Below are positions 40,201 to 54,374 of a stretch of DNA of 64,000 bases, in pieces; the first letter of the stretch is position 1; each line of letters starts with the position of its first letter. The stretch spans positions 118,358,001 to 118,422,000 of the forward strand of contig OX597816.1 in the NCBI GenBank assembly GCA_951406725.2. Reading direction: 5' to 3'. The position numbers and the translations under genes are program-made. Source of the DNA: Octopus vulgaris. Taxonomy: Eukaryota. Below the pieces are notes generated by a model. The model did not search any database. It was not told the origin of the DNA and was given only the letters and a program-made list of their open reading frames with translations.

Positions 40201-42328
40201 TTCCAATCTGTGCGTTCTCAGTTCAAATCTCACTGAGACCAACTTTGCCTTTCATCCTTACAGAGTCAATAAAATAAAGTAACATAATGAATTGGTGTAA
40301 CTGCTAGCATGCCAGAGAGATACTTCTTGGTATTTATTCTGGCACTTTCTGTAGACTTCTTGGATAGTAGACTTAATCTGTTGTCATATTTCATCGCCAC
40401 TAACTGGTCCTAAGCTTCCTTTAGCGGAGTTCACTCTTGTAGGAATTTGGGATAGCTATCTGGTGTGAGGATAAGTTTTTTCCAAAAGCCTTAGTGATAC
40501 TGGAAAATATAGAGACTGAAGTACTGTCCCATCTTTCTGTGAGTAAAATGATACCCACCTACCACTCACCTATGCATGTGCATGCACACACACACACACA
40601 AACAGCAGTACTGGGTGCCTCACTAACCTGCCCAACATTGTTCTCTAGACAGAGATAAGGGCAAAGAAATCAGCAACTGTTGTGTTATGGATGAGTCAAC
40701 TTTGCCAACCTCTATTAAGACCACTACCATATGGAATAGATATACTAACTACAGGAACAAATAAGGAAGTACACATTGAATGATGTAATCCTAAATATAC
40801 AAAAATAAATAAATAGTGAAAAAAAAAATGTTTTTTTTTTAAATTTCAATATCCCTGCTCACTGTTATCGGGGCACAAGCAGGTATCTGCAAGTGCAAGC
40901 CCCATGAGTTAGAGTAGCTGTTGCAGTGCTTCTCCCCCACCATCCTCTGGGGCAATGCCTTTTCCATTTTGTCTGCTGGGACCAGGATGTGGTCTGAATT
41001 ACAGGTCTGAATCAAGACAATGTGCAAATTTTTTTGCTTACTACTCATAGTTCATTTGTATCTAATAGATGACAATCTGCTTAACCCATTTGATATCAAC
41101 CTGCCTGAAACCACCTTCAGTTCTGTGATACAAACTTCCTGATCTACAGTGATTCACACCAAAACCTTCCATTAAAATTCTATGTTTCATACACCAGCTC
41201 AACAATGTCAAAGTCATTTTACTAAAAACTACATTATTTCAAAACTTAATAACGTGTATTTCAACGAAAACATAGAAACAGTAAAATATAGGTGTGGGCA
41301 TGGTTGTGTGGTAAGAAGCTTGCTTCCCAACCAGTCCCATTGTGTGATATCTTGGGCAAGTGTTTTCTACTATAGCCTTGGGCCAGCCAAAGCCTTGAGT
41401 GGATTTGGTAGATGGTAACTGAAAGAAGCCAATCATATATACAGACAGACAGATATATTTATGTGTTTGTGTGTGCTTGTCACCCCACCATTGCTTGACA
41501 TCCAATGCTGGTGAGTTTATGACCCCATAACTTAGCAGTTTGGCAAAAGAGCCGAAGAGAATAAGTACTAGGCTTGTGTGTTTGTATCCCCATAACTTAG
41601 CTGTTCAGCAAAACAGAACAATAGAATAAGTACTAGGCTTACAAAGAATAAGTCTTGGTGTCAATTTCTTCAACTAAAACCCTTTGAGGCAGTGCTCCAG
41701 TACAGCTGCTATTAAATGACTGACACAAGTAAACAAATAAAAGAATAACAAAGGGTTCAATTAGGAATGACCTGGGAGCCAAAGTAAAACAACAACAACA
41801 ACAGGCATACAAAAACAAGCTGAACTATGGAGACAATGCAACATGGCTACTACACTTCATGCCATACAATAAACAACTATATGTTAGAGAGCAAAAGTGC
41901 AATTCTAACTGGGATGAGACTGACAATGTACCTGGATCAATGGTTTTATTGGCTGCTCCAAGTAAACATACAAATGATGATATGGGTTTGTTTGATTGGA
42001 TCTGACAGTTGTTAAGAAAATTTTATAGACTTCTGCTAATCAGTCATTGAAAACAACACACATTAATCACAAGTGAAATCTTTCCATTTAAACGAACAGG
42101 TATTTTACCTTGACATATCTTTCATTACAAAGAAATATGAAACCAGTGACAATTACTATATCAGAAAATTTTATCTGACAATTCTGTATTTATTATATAT
42201 TAAATATTCATTTCTTTTCATATGGTACAAGGCCAACACTTTTGTAAAGGAAAATCATATCAATCAAATTGGCTTGGTTACTGGTACAAATTTACAGCAA
42301 AATTGATTTTAGATAAGAACTACAGAAA

Positions 42329-42375
<47 letters not shown>

Positions 42376-44065
42376 TCAGACATTGGAGGAGTGCAGCCAT
42401 GCTGGAGCGTGACCTTAAAGGGGTTTTTAATTGAATTGCCCCAAGTACTTGATATGTTTTTAAGCTTTGTACAGCTAATTTTATCAGTCTCTTATATCAA
42501 ACCACACTAAGTTACAGTGTCTTTGTGTGTGTGTTTGTACATACAAATTGAAAGATTTGCAGACAAACTGTCTTAATCTTCCACTGTAACAATGCATATA
42601 TATAAGTAGAGAGAGAGAGAGAATAATAATACCTGTTGCACAGAAAAACCAATAAGTAAGCCTTTATATGGCAGTGCAATCTGCCCCACCAAGAAAACAG
42701 TAGCTAAATCTCCCTCATATTGCATCTTGTACTCATAAAAAAAGGTACAGGTTGGTCATAGCTGGAATGGTTTATCATAGGTCAGCTTGACCTGGAACTA
42801 AACAGCAACATCACAGGTGGTGCAGATAATTGAATTGGTAGGGCACTACACCACTAACCAAAGGGTCACTTATTCATAACTTGAATATATTTATTGTTTC
42901 AACTTATGTTAAGGTTTCAGTTATTGTTAGAATAAACCTTGACAAGGCTATGCTCAAACGCATTCCAAACATGAACATCCTATCTTTTTGAGAGTATCTA
43001 GGACTACATTATCCGAAGTACCATAACATGTTTGGCTGCTATTTCAAGCAAGTTGAGATGCTTTGTAACGACTCCTTTATTGGCTCTTGTCAATATAGTC
43101 ACGCAGTGCTGTAGGTTCACACTTCAAGCAATATCAGAGCTGTAAAATTGATTAATGATAGATTGGCCACACTGATTTATGAAGTATATATGCTGTACTA
43201 AATGACAAGGAAACCAGATTACTGATACTGATTTTCCTAATTCCCAATGAGATCAAAGGAAAAGTCAACTCCCAGCAGAATTGAAGTCTATGAAGGGGAA
43301 ACCTTCTCAGTCTGATGCTCTACATCAGTAGTTCTCAACTGAGGTCACATTAGATTTTGCAGCTAAAGTCTATGTGCAATAAGTTAGTTATATTTCAACA
43401 AAGCACAAAATATTTTTTAAAGTTTTTTTATTGGACAATGACATAAATCCAAGGTATGGATATTGCTAGGTGAAAATTATTATTATTAATATTATTATTA
43501 TTGATGATGATGATGATGTCATCATAAGAAATGTTGTTACCTCCTATCAATTATGTTTCAAGTAACTATTTGAATTACAAAAAAATAGATTTTGAATGGT
43601 TTCAAAGTTTTTTGGGCTTTTTTGCTTTGTTTCCTTGTCTCTATGTTTTTTTTACTAAATATAATTGATTTAATTCATCTTTCAGAATAACAGTAACACA
43701 GAAGCCAAAGATCTTGAGGGTAAGCCAAGAACTAAAATCTTGAAGATGATGTATAAAGTGAGGGCCTTCCTTAGCACCTCGGTCTAAATTTTCCCTTCTC
43801 ACTCGTCCCTAGTAATATATACTTACTTGTATGCCATTTGTTTTTATTTGTGTTTTCATAAAGTTATTTGGTTTCGTAAAAATTCTGCGATCCAATTTAG
43901 ATGAAGGAAAAACAATTCACTTGTTCTTATGTAAGAAATCCTTCATTTAAACCTCTTTTACATGAAACCACATATCTAAGGTAGCTTGTTTAAAATGTTC
44001 CATAAAACAAGTTTTGAATTAAAATTACAATATTGTTTTACAGGGATTAACTTCATTGAATAGAA

Positions 44066-44310
44066 TAATTAAAAATGAAATAACAGGTATACTATTTCAT
44101 TTAATGAATTGATGGTATATCGGATGGAACAGCTTGTAATATCCATTCCAAGTCTCTGAACTCTGAGTTCAAATCCTACCAAGGTCTAATTAAAAATGAA
44201 ATAACAACAGGTATACTATTTCATTTGACGAATTGATAGCATATTGGATAGAACAGCTTGTAATATCTGTTGCAAGTCTCTGAACTCTGAGTTCAAATCC
44301 TATCAACGTC
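44066..44310 (+). repeat. Tandem duplication of ~121 bp (flank plus SINE head)
   Basis: taattaaaaatgaaataaca...caagtctctgaactctgagttcaaatcct at 44066 and 44187. Confidence 0.9.
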
Positions 44311-45099
44311 GACTTTGCCTTTCATTCCTTTTGAATCAATAAAAATGTACCAATGCAGGTTTTGTAGATTGATGGAACTGTAAGAACCCCAAGCAAAATA
44401 TTTCACAGTATTTGTTAAGCTCTTTGCTTTCAATGTTCAAATCCAACCATGGTCTACTTGGGGCAGCCCAGTTTAACACCACCACTTGACACCTTTGAAG
44501 CCTTTACTAGAGTCCACTCTATTGCAGGAATTCAGACCAGGTCTCCCACCCTTCTAGTAGTCATATAGATCCTGTAAAGGGCCATGGACACTGACTTCTT
44601 TCCTGACTAAAAGAAAAGAAAAAATCCAAAATCATTTCACTACATCCCAAATCTGAACGGATCTGTTATCAAATTATAACAAATAAATGTTAAGAAATGA
44701 ATTGTAACATATATAATTCTAAGCCACATATAATACAAACTAAAACTTATATAATCTTAGAATCAAGAATTTTAATTTAGACGTTTGAAAAAAGTCTATA
44801 GGTATTATAAGAATATCCTACTTATATCATTGGTCAAATATTTTGGTCAGGCAGAACCAGTCGCAAAAAAGAAACAATGTCATGTACGTTCAATAATGAC
44901 CCCCAAAACCCTTAGTTAGCTGTTGTTCACCTTGATCAAGTAAATCTATGACCAAAGGAGCATTCTAGTTGTGACCATCCAATGGTACCCACCTGAATCT
45001 AAAATATATCTAGGACTACACAGCCAAAGTTTGGCTGTTTATACCCTCACAAACGACAGGATGTAGTCTTAGTGATTTAGCTGCTATTTCTACCAGGAA

Positions 45100-48000
45100 A
45101 AGATATCCCTAAAGATCCCCACGATTATCTTTTCGACTTTAATAAGAAATGACTGGAGGAAACTATTAAAAAGTAGTTTGTGTGGTACTTTACACATTCA
45201 GTTGTTTCCTTTGTTTTTTCTTTTTTTTTGTATTGCAGATAATAGTTACAGTATACTGAAGGACAATTATCTCATTCTATGTAACAAGAATTCGAACACT
45301 TTTTACAATTCCCGTTTCACTTCTTTTTCTTTGTCGAAAAAAAAAATAATAAAACGATTAAATAATGATTCGGCAGAAATGAATAAGGAAAAAAAAAAAC
45401 ATATATTCCTCAACAATGGAGCTGAAGAAATATATCGGAAAGTGGTAGTTTATAATGTCAATAAACTTAGGACACAACGAAAAGTTATCCCAAACAACAA
45501 GCAGTATGAAAACAAAAACATTTGCTTTGCGGATAGTTTGATTCTGTGTGAAAGCATTTCTACAGTAGGCAGGGACAATATATATATATACATACATAAA
45601 CAAAATATAGGGGACAGTGCAAAGGATCACAATCTTCAACTTCGAAATACTGTAGTCATCAGACAAAATTCTGTCACTAAGGGTGTGGTAATATGCCGTT
45701 GACAACTTTAGCTATCATCTAAGTTCTTTATTTATTACACATCACCGACACGGTAATGGCGGATAAAACGAAGAATCGTTAACATTATATAAATGGACAA
45801 TACATATGTTGCACACCAGACGACTTCAGGTAAACGGAAAATTAAAAACACACGCAAAACATTCATAAACACAAACACGTGTCACACACACACACACACA
45901 TACATACATACACACACACATACATACATACACACACGCACACACACACAGATGTGTGTATTGTCTAGACCTTGGAGCTGTGAATATCCTGAAAAGCTAT
46001 TTAAATAATCCTCAGAGACAAAGCCAATAAGAAATACCAAGTAAACCTTACCATTAGTTAAGCTCATCTAAGATTGGTTATCTAAAAACCTGGCAACTGT
46101 GCAGCATTTCGCTGGTACAGCAGAAACGGTGAACGTGAGTGTGTTTATGTGTATCGCCCTTATCACTCAATAATAACAATTCTCTCTCTCACACACACAC
46201 ACACACAGAGCGATAGTCAGACAGACAGGCAAGCAGGCAGAAAACAGACAGACAGATAGATAGACGGAAGAGAGAGAGAGAGAGAGAGTGTGTGTGACTT
46301 GTAGTAACTGAGTAACACAGTTAAACACTAATCGCAGAGAGAACTGAAATTCCTAGAATTAAAAAAAAAAAAAACGCAATAACAATAAGGATCAGAAAAG
46401 GGGAGAAATTGTTTACTTTCATTAGTTCTACATCAGCAAAGGCGAGGAAAACGGAGAACAGTTTTATCCCGTCCAATAACAAGACTCCCTCAGTACAGCG
46501 TAAACAAAACTCGGGAAGACAAGATTATTTAAAGAAAACAAATGTAGATTACGATTATTTCCGGATTACGCTATTCATATTACACTGGATCCGGATCTAC
46601 GATTTGTTATTGGTTATTTTATTTTATTTTATTTATTTTATTTTTTTTTTAATTTTGACAATTGTTAATAGTGACGCATGCAAAGTAAGAAATGTCTTAA
46701 GAATCAGGCGTGGCTGTGTGATATGAAGTTTGCTTCTCAACAACATGCTTCCAAGTTCAGGTCACTGCGTGTTACCTTGGGCAAGTGTATACTGCTATAG
46801 ACTTGTCGCTTTGATAGACGGAAACTGACTTTGATAGAGGGAAACTGAAAGATGCCCAGCGTGTGCGCGCGTGTGTGTGTTTATCCCCCCACTTGACAAC
46901 TGATGTCTGTTTGCGTCACTTAGCTGTTCGGCAAAAAGAACGATAGAATAAGCACTAGACTTTTTAAAAATATATACATGAGCGCCGGGATCGATTTGTT
47001 AGACTAAACACTTCGAGACGGTACGCCAGCACGGCCGGGTCCAATGACTGAACAAGGATAAAAATAGGTAAATGTAACGAGAGGGAGAGGGGGAGACAGA
47101 CAGGCGGAAGGGAAGGTGAGGTAGGCAGAAAGGAAGAGAGAGGGGGATTGAGACTGAGAGGAAAATGGAGAGACAGAGACAGACAGGTGGCAGGGAGGGA
47201 AGGAAGGATGGATGGATGGATAGATAGATAGATAGATAAGAGAGAGAGAGAGAGAGAGAGAGTCAGACAGGGAAAAAAAGTTTCTCAGGGGAGGGAACTC
47301 GATGCAACAGTATTTTTGTATTGGTAACTAAACATTAACATGCGGATTGCATTCATCCAGTTGATCCGTGATCAAACGCGTTCTGGCAATTACCATTTTG
47401 TCTAGTCATGGCTTTATTAAGTGTCTTTTCTTTTTGAAGAAAAGTGTGTGATTCGGGGGTAATTTGATTACTACTTCTAACAGGTCACACGACTGCATAG
47501 CTCTGTTTTTTTTTTTTGTTTTTTTTAAAGGATTTTTCGAATTAAGTACAAGGCCAAACATTCGCATATTTCATTGAGATTTAATTGACCGGCTGCTAAA
47601 GGATAAAAGGCAAAGATGTTCTCAATGGGAACTGAACTCGAGACTTACAGAGACGTAACCAAATAGCGTATGGAATTTTATCCGACACTCCACCGACCCT
47701 AGCAATTACAAGAACAGTAGCGTTTAGGAAACAGCTGGTTATATATACGAGGGAAGAGAAAGAAAACTAAGTGCGGAAGTAGATCAGTTCAGCATGACAG
47801 CAGTAATAATAGGAACGACATAAGCAACGACGCCACAACACAGATTTTATATATATATATTACTCTTTTACATGTTTCAGTCATTTGACTGTGACCATGC
47901 TGGAGCACCGCCTTTTGCCGAGCAAATCGACCCCGGGAGTTATTCTTTGTAAACCCAGTACTTATTCTATCGGTCTCTTTTGCCGAACCGCTAAGTGACG
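45100..48000. promoter_or_regulatory. CpG-retaining, promoter-like region
   Basis: CpG is visibly more frequent here than in the CpG-poor flanks. YY1-like TAATGGCGGA at ~45754, ETS-like GCGGAAGT at ~47773, CCAAT boxes at ~46024 and ~46073, and a candidate first exon at 46052-46067. Confidence 0.55.
46052..46067 (-). CDS. Candidate first coding exon (MSLTN, phase 1), product unknown
   Basis: ATGAGCTTAACTAATG|gtaagg donor inside the CpG-retaining region. No homology recognised. Confidence 0.3.
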
Positions 48001-48059
48001 GGGACGTAAACACACCAACATCGGTTGTCAAGCAATGCTAGGGGGACACACAAACATAT

Positions 48060-48114
<55 letters not shown>

Positions 48115-48279
48115 TACGACAGGCTTCTTTCAGTTTCCGTCTACCAAATCCACTCACAAGGCATTGGTCGGCCCGGGGCTATAGCAGAAGACACTTGCCC
48201 AAAATGCCACGCAGTGGGACTGAACCCGGAACCATGTGGTTGGTTAGCAAGCTACTTACCACACAGCCACTCATGCGCC
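47862..48279 (-). mobile_element. Family-A SINE, near-consensus copy
   Basis: Reverse complement of 27459-27832 with CpGs intact and an internal (TA/CA)n tract. Confidence 0.9.
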
Positions 48280-48289
48280 TATCACAATA

Positions 48290-48296
48290 TGTATAT

Positions 48297-48339
<43 letters not shown>

Positions 48340-48560
48340 CACATACATATATATACACACACATACATATATATATATACACACACACACATATATATAT
48401 ACACACACACACATATATATACACACACATACATATATATACACACATACATACATACATATATATATACACACACACACATGCATACATATATATATAT
48501 ATACACACACACATACATACATATATATACACACACATACATACATACATACATATATAT

Positions 48561-48613
<53 letters not shown>

Positions 48614-48630
48614 TATCCATATCCATACAT
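48290..48630. repeat. Compound (CA)n/(TA)n/(CATA)n microsatellite
   Basis: About 340 bp of alternating CA/TA dinucleotide blocks; the source of the overlapping 114-221 aa pseudo-ORFs. Confidence 0.95.
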
Positions 48631-48989
48631 CATCATCATCATCATCGTTTAACGTCCGCTTTCCATGATAGCATGGGTTGGACGGTTTGACTGTGGGCTG
48701 GCGAACCAGATGGCTGCACCAAGCTCCAGCCTTGATCTGGAAGAGTTTCTACAGTGGGATGCCCTTCCTAATGCCAACCACTCCGTGAGTGTAGTGGGTT
48801 CTTTCTACGTGCCACCAGCACAGGGGCCAGAGCAGGCTGGCAACAACCACGATCGGTCATGGATTTTACGTGCCACCAGCACTGAAGCCAGTCAGGGCGG
48901 CGCTGGCATAGGCCACATTCGGATGGTGTTTTTTACGTGCCACTGGCACAGGTATCACAACTACAATTTCCATCTGATTTTTATTTTGA

Positions 48990-49072
<83 letters not shown>

Positions 49073-49793
49073 CATACATATATAAAGTTACTTATAATTG
49101 ACGAATGAAAATCAGGCGCTGCAAAGATAGAGAAAGAAAGAGTGGGATAGTTCTCCCTGTGTTAAGACAGCTGTACCATTCCTCTGTTACTCCATAATTT
49201 ATTACAGGTTACTTCCGTAATAAAACGGCTCTGAAAGACAGACAAACATATATATATTTATAAGTGATATTCTATATAGAAAGTGCAGACCTGTCACTGT
49301 GACAGTTTATGGAATGTTGGTTGATAAGGTTTCTTGTCTGTCTAGAGAGTCTTCCCCTCCTACAACTTTCGACAATAATAAAACCTCACCAAGTTTACTA
49401 TTTACCGTTCCTGTCTGCCAACTCTAATTTGATGATTGTTTTAACAGCGTAACACACATTCAAAACATTTCCAAAGGAACATACAAAAATGATCTAATAA
49501 AATGTGTTATAATAAGAAACAAAACTGTAAACTATTGGTAACTAAACAGAAAATGAGGATGTTTTGATGAAAGAATTTCTACATGTCAGTTTGACAATGG
49601 CCTCATCAAACTAGCTGGCACATATCTTTGCACACTCACAAGAGAAGTTTCCCTATTTCATTCATTCATTGTTATGAAAGGAAATGACTCAGCTATGAGA
49701 TGGCACCAGTACAAACCATTTTCTCTCCTTTTTTTTTATTTGGGATACAACTTTGTGTATTGTGAATGTCACTGATTCAGTCATGGAACTTAC

Positions 49794-49877
49794 AAATGGC
49801 TTATTTTGGGGAAGCAGCAGAGAAATGGAATGTACATAAGTGACAATAGAGTTGATCTCAAAAGAGACTCTAAGCAC
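49794..49877 (-). CDS. Candidate 84-nt internal exon, product unknown
   Basis: ttattttcag|GTGC...CATTT|gtaagt. Length is divisible by 3 and two frames are open (VLRVSFEINSIV... or CLESLLRSTLLSLMYIPFLCC...). Confidence 0.3.
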
Positions 49878-50524
49878 CTGAAAATAATCCTCTATCTGCC
49901 CACTTATCTGCTATTCTCTCTTCCTCTCACACAAACACACATACCTATCCATTTTCCATACCATTCATATGAAGGGAACCAATAAAGGCCAGTGAAATTC
50001 ATTCGTTGCATCAAAACCCAAGGAAAAGCTTGTTCACAGTGCAACATCACTGATAAAAGACATATCTCTGTTCACTCGTGTATTAAGTCAACATAAGAGT
50101 CAGCATCTAATTATGAAATATATGATTCAACAACTGCATGAAACAGTGTACAATATGGTTTGAGATTAAAGTTGAAGATATTTGGACCACTTGACCCATG
50201 GCTTGCTGTTACGCATTTAATTGGCTACTTCTGTCCAATAGCTCTGTTCTGTTCGACAACAGCAACAACCACAACTCTGGTGAAACAAATTTCTAAATAT
50301 ACTGAAATATCTAATCTCTGCACACATGGATTACCAAATGCAAACTAATCTAACTGGAGGTTAAGATGCCAATGAGATCCATTGTGATATGTTTAAAGAC
50401 AAGGCATGCAATAAGTCTAGTTCCTTGGTCTGGTAGCAAATATTTTATGGTTGAATGGTTAGCTGTAACTAACTGCAAAAAGAAACTTAACAATATACAC
50501 GTTCAAATTTTGGGAGAACTTATC

Positions 50525-51005
50525 AATAATGATAATAATAAGCCTTTCTACTATAGGCACAAGGCCTGAAATTTGTAGGAAGGGGGGCCAGTCGATTAGA
50601 TCGACCCCAGTACGAAACTGCTACTTAATTTATTGATCCTGAAAGGATGAAAGGCAAAGTCGACTTTGGCAGAAGTTGAACTCAGAACTTAGTGGCAGAC
50701 GAAATACCACTAAACACTTCACCCAGCATGCTAAGGATTCAGCTAGCTCACTGTCTTAATAATAGTAATAATAATCCTTTCTACTATAGAGACAAGGCCT
50801 GAAATTTGGGGAAAGGGACTAGTCAACTACATCAACCCAATTTTTCACTGGTACTTAATTTATCGACCCCAAAAGGATGAAAGGCAAAGCTGTCCTCAAC
50901 AGAAGTTGAACTCAGAACATGAAGATGGATGAAATACTGCTAAGCATTTTACCCGGTGTGCTAATGATTCTGCCAGCTCGCCACCTTAATCATAATAGTA
51001 ATAAT
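50525..51005 (-). mobile_element. Two tandem family-B SINEs in (AAT)n
   Basis: Two units of cctttctactatag..acaaggcctgaaattt...aaaggatgaaaggcaaag...gccagctcgccaccttaa. Confidence 0.88.
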
Positions 51006-52117
51006 ATCAATTAGTAACATTGAACAGTTAAAGAGCTCTTAAAATATTAGGGGGAAATTTACCACACACCAAAGCAACTGTGGTCATAAAAATATTTAAA
51101 TGATTGTTCTGATTGAGCAATTCAACAGAAAATCTATATTTAACCAGTGAAATGCTTTTAACCATATTGAATGGAATCACACTAGTGCTTTCAGCAGTTT
51201 AGACACAGGAGAAAGGTTTCTAAGCTTCTTTTTTCATTTTTACATTTTTCTTTTTCTTTTTTTTTCTCTTTCTTAACTATAAATGGTTAGTATCGGATTT
51301 GCTTTTTCAAGAATTCACACAGAATCAAAAGTGTTAAATTGCATTATTTTATTCATATATTTATGTGTGTGTCTGTGTGCACGCGCACGTGTGTGCGGGT
51401 GCATGTGTGCGTGTGTGGATTTACTGCTTTTATCACAGAATAGGTTACCAACTGACTTTTCAATGAACTACAAAGTGGAAGTGAGGCTATGTGATTCTCT
51501 TGCTCCCAATTAGTGGCATAATAATTTACTCTCTGTTTCATTTGAACAAACCAAGTAGAAGAATTGGTAATCAATCTTTAAAAGAAATGAGCTCTGAACT
51601 GTAAGGTACCAACCAAATTCAGGAATTCAACCAAAAAACTAAGCAATGTACTCCCCAGTTGGCTCCATGAAGACTGAAATGGGTATAAAAATTAATAGAA
51701 CATGATGGATCAGCTACTTATAATGCTTTACAATGGTTCAGTGCACACAAATTTCTGAAGAAAAAGTGTCATCCTTTTTCAGAATCATAAGGATCAGAAG
51801 AATTTGTGCTAATGTAACAGACTTTATATATTGCAAGCATTTAAACTCAGGTTTTTCCTTCCAGTTTCAGAGGCCCAGCAAAAAGAAGAAAAAAATCATT
51901 GGTACCTGGTTAAAAAAAAAACCTTCTTTCCTTAAGTATGAAATGGTCAAGAACAAGCTGTCCTTTCATTGGGATGCTGGTTTTTCACAGGCAGTTATTT
52001 GTGCAGGAGGAATTTGAATTGCATTTAGCACTGCAAAGAAATACTCTTAAGTTCCATTGATAGAGCCTCTATGCCTCAAACCTACAGAAACAGTAGCCTA
52101 GTTTTCCTATATCATCT

Positions 52118-52345
52118 TTAACCGTTTAGCATTTAAACCAGCGATATCCAGCCCAAATATTCTACTTGTTTTATGTTCAAACTGGCCAGATCCAGCCTCT
52201 CACACCTACCCTACAATATCATTCTAAAAATAAACAGTCACACTTTCAAAATCTCAAAGCTATGGAATAATACAGGATTCATTTTATAAAATGTGAATAT
52301 ATCAGTAATACATTTGACAAAGTATTCTGAATGCTAAGGGGTTAA
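52118..52345. mobile_element. TTAA-flanked (piggyBac-type) MITE, full copy
   Basis: TTAA-CCGTTTAGCATT...AATGCTAAGGGG-TTAA. The same family occurs at about 12120-12345, 21200-21430, 25380-25550, 27869-28030 and 61389-61616. Confidence 0.8.
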
Positions 52346-53845
52346 AAAGAGAGAACACATTAAATAATCTAATCCTAAATACACTATCTGAAATAATAAT
52401 TTAAAGGGGGGGGGGGGGCTGGTCATAGCTGAAATCTCTCTGATCATTTAGGTTTACTCAAGTAAATCTGACCTGAGGTTAAACAACAACAACAACAATG
52501 ATCTCAACCAGAGAGCTAAGTGTCTTGGCTATAGAAATATTGTTGTGCTAGTGACATCATCATTGTCTTTATCATTGTTTTAATGCTCATTTTTCTGTAC
52601 TCGCATAGGTCAGATAGAATTTGTTGAGGCAGTTTTTCTACAGCCAGATGCTCTACCTGTCACCAAATCTCACCGTTTTCAATTTCTCCATTGCCAGATA
52701 TTTTTTCTCTGAAGATTAGAAACAAAGGACACTGTTTATATGAGGGTAACACTCGATTATAACTCTCAAGCCATGTCAAAACAAGAAGACACGCACACAT
52801 CCAAATATATACATATTGTATTTATTTGCATCTCTATCTTCATTTCAGCTCATCTGGATTCCTCATATAGCCACTCATTACTCTGTGGGCCTAGTCCTTG
52901 ATAAAAGTTTCAGCATTTAAGTTCTAATCATTTGAGTACTTTCATGAGTTTTCTATACTGCGAATCTCTACATCTCACTATTTGACTACATATGTGTACA
53001 CAAACACACACATCACCCATACCAGCACAACATACGAAAGCCCCCATACCAGCAGGCACATGTAAAAGCACCTGACCCAGAGCCACATCAAAGTGCACCC
53101 ATGCTGGCACAATGTGTAGAGCGCCTGTGCTAATGCCACATAAGAGACACCCAGTACACTGTAAAGTAGTTGGTGTAGAAACCATGGCAAAACAGACGAC
53201 TGGAACCTAGTATAGCCCTCTAGCTTGCCAGCTCCTTTGTTCTATACCTGCTGCATTAATTGTGGTTTCTGCAATCAAAGAGGATGAGGATTTTAGTTTT
53301 CTTGCTTTCATTTCTCTCTCTCTCTTTTTTTTTTTTTTTTTTTTTTTGGCAATACATGGTGTACTTTATAAATATGTATAGTTAAAGTATCATAAAAGCA
53401 TAAAACTTGGTAGCTTTTTTGGTTGTGCATTAAATTGCTACACACACACACAATGGGCTTCTTTTAATTTCCATTTCCCAAGTCAACTCAAAAGACTATA
53501 GGAGAAGGCACCTTCACACAAACTTAAAAACTTCTGATTGTTATCTTATTTTAGTCAACCATGAACTGCTTCTGAGTAGTGGAACTGAAATCAGTTAATA
53601 ACATTACTACTAATACTCAAGAGGTGATGGTGAAAACAACCTTTCATCATCTGGTGTGGTGCTTCATGCTTCTATCTTCAGGAGCAACTTTAGATAGACA
53701 GTGTTTAATCTAATCGACCAGACGGAAAGACAAAAAAACAGTAAAATGCCAATCAGAATACCCAGCAGGATTTAATTTCAGCTCGTGATTTTCTGAGTTC
53801 AAATCCTACATGATAGACTTTGCTATTCAGCTTTTTAGAGCTGAT

Positions 53846-53906
<61 letters not shown>

Positions 53907-54228
53907 CCAGACATATCCTAGCATTGACTGAATCAACTAAAACACTCTTAAGAAATTAGTGATCTTTTGCTTATATCAGTGAGCTAGCAGAATTATTTAG
54001 CACATCAGACAAGATGCTTAATGGCATTTCTCCTTGCTCTTTGCATTCTAAGCTCAAACACTGACAGGCTGACTTTGGAGTCAATAAAATAGGCACCAGT
54101 TTGATCACTGGCAATGGTTTCAACTAACACCCACCCTTCAAAATTGCTGGCCTTGTGCCAAAATTTGAAATCATCATCATGATGATGATGATGATTTCTC
54201 ATTTAAGCACAAGGCCATTAATTTAGAG

Positions 54229-54374
54229 CAGTGGTTCCCAACCTGTGGTCTGCAAAGGTAATACTGGGGGTCTGTGAACATGTTAAGATGGCAGGCCTTT
54301 CAATATCCTAGGGTCATGGGAAAACTCATTTAAATAAAAGGGGTCCTTGTTAGTGAAAAGTTTGGGAACCACTG
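54229..54374. mobile_element. hAT (Charlie/MER5-like) MITE with perfect 8-bp TSD
   Basis: Termini CAGTGGTTCCCAA...TTGGGAACCACTG, flanked by ATTTAGAG at 54221-54228 and 54375-54382. Confidence 0.92.

Noticed and set aside
40855-41010. GC-richer island with a 69-aa ORF and a GTGCAAGCCCC motif
   Set aside because: No recognisable protein or complete ribozyme fold; probably an old repeat fragment.
45178-45705. 174-aa and 115-aa overlapping ORFs
   Set aside because: Non-ATG start for the longer one, homopolymer and (TA)n runs, and no domain; better explained as promoter-proximal non-coding DNA.
48025-49108. Longest ORFs (114-221 aa, both strands)
   Set aside because: They are translations of CA/TA microsatellites and SINE/LINE tails; low-complexity H/T/Y/I or V/C/Y/M runs.
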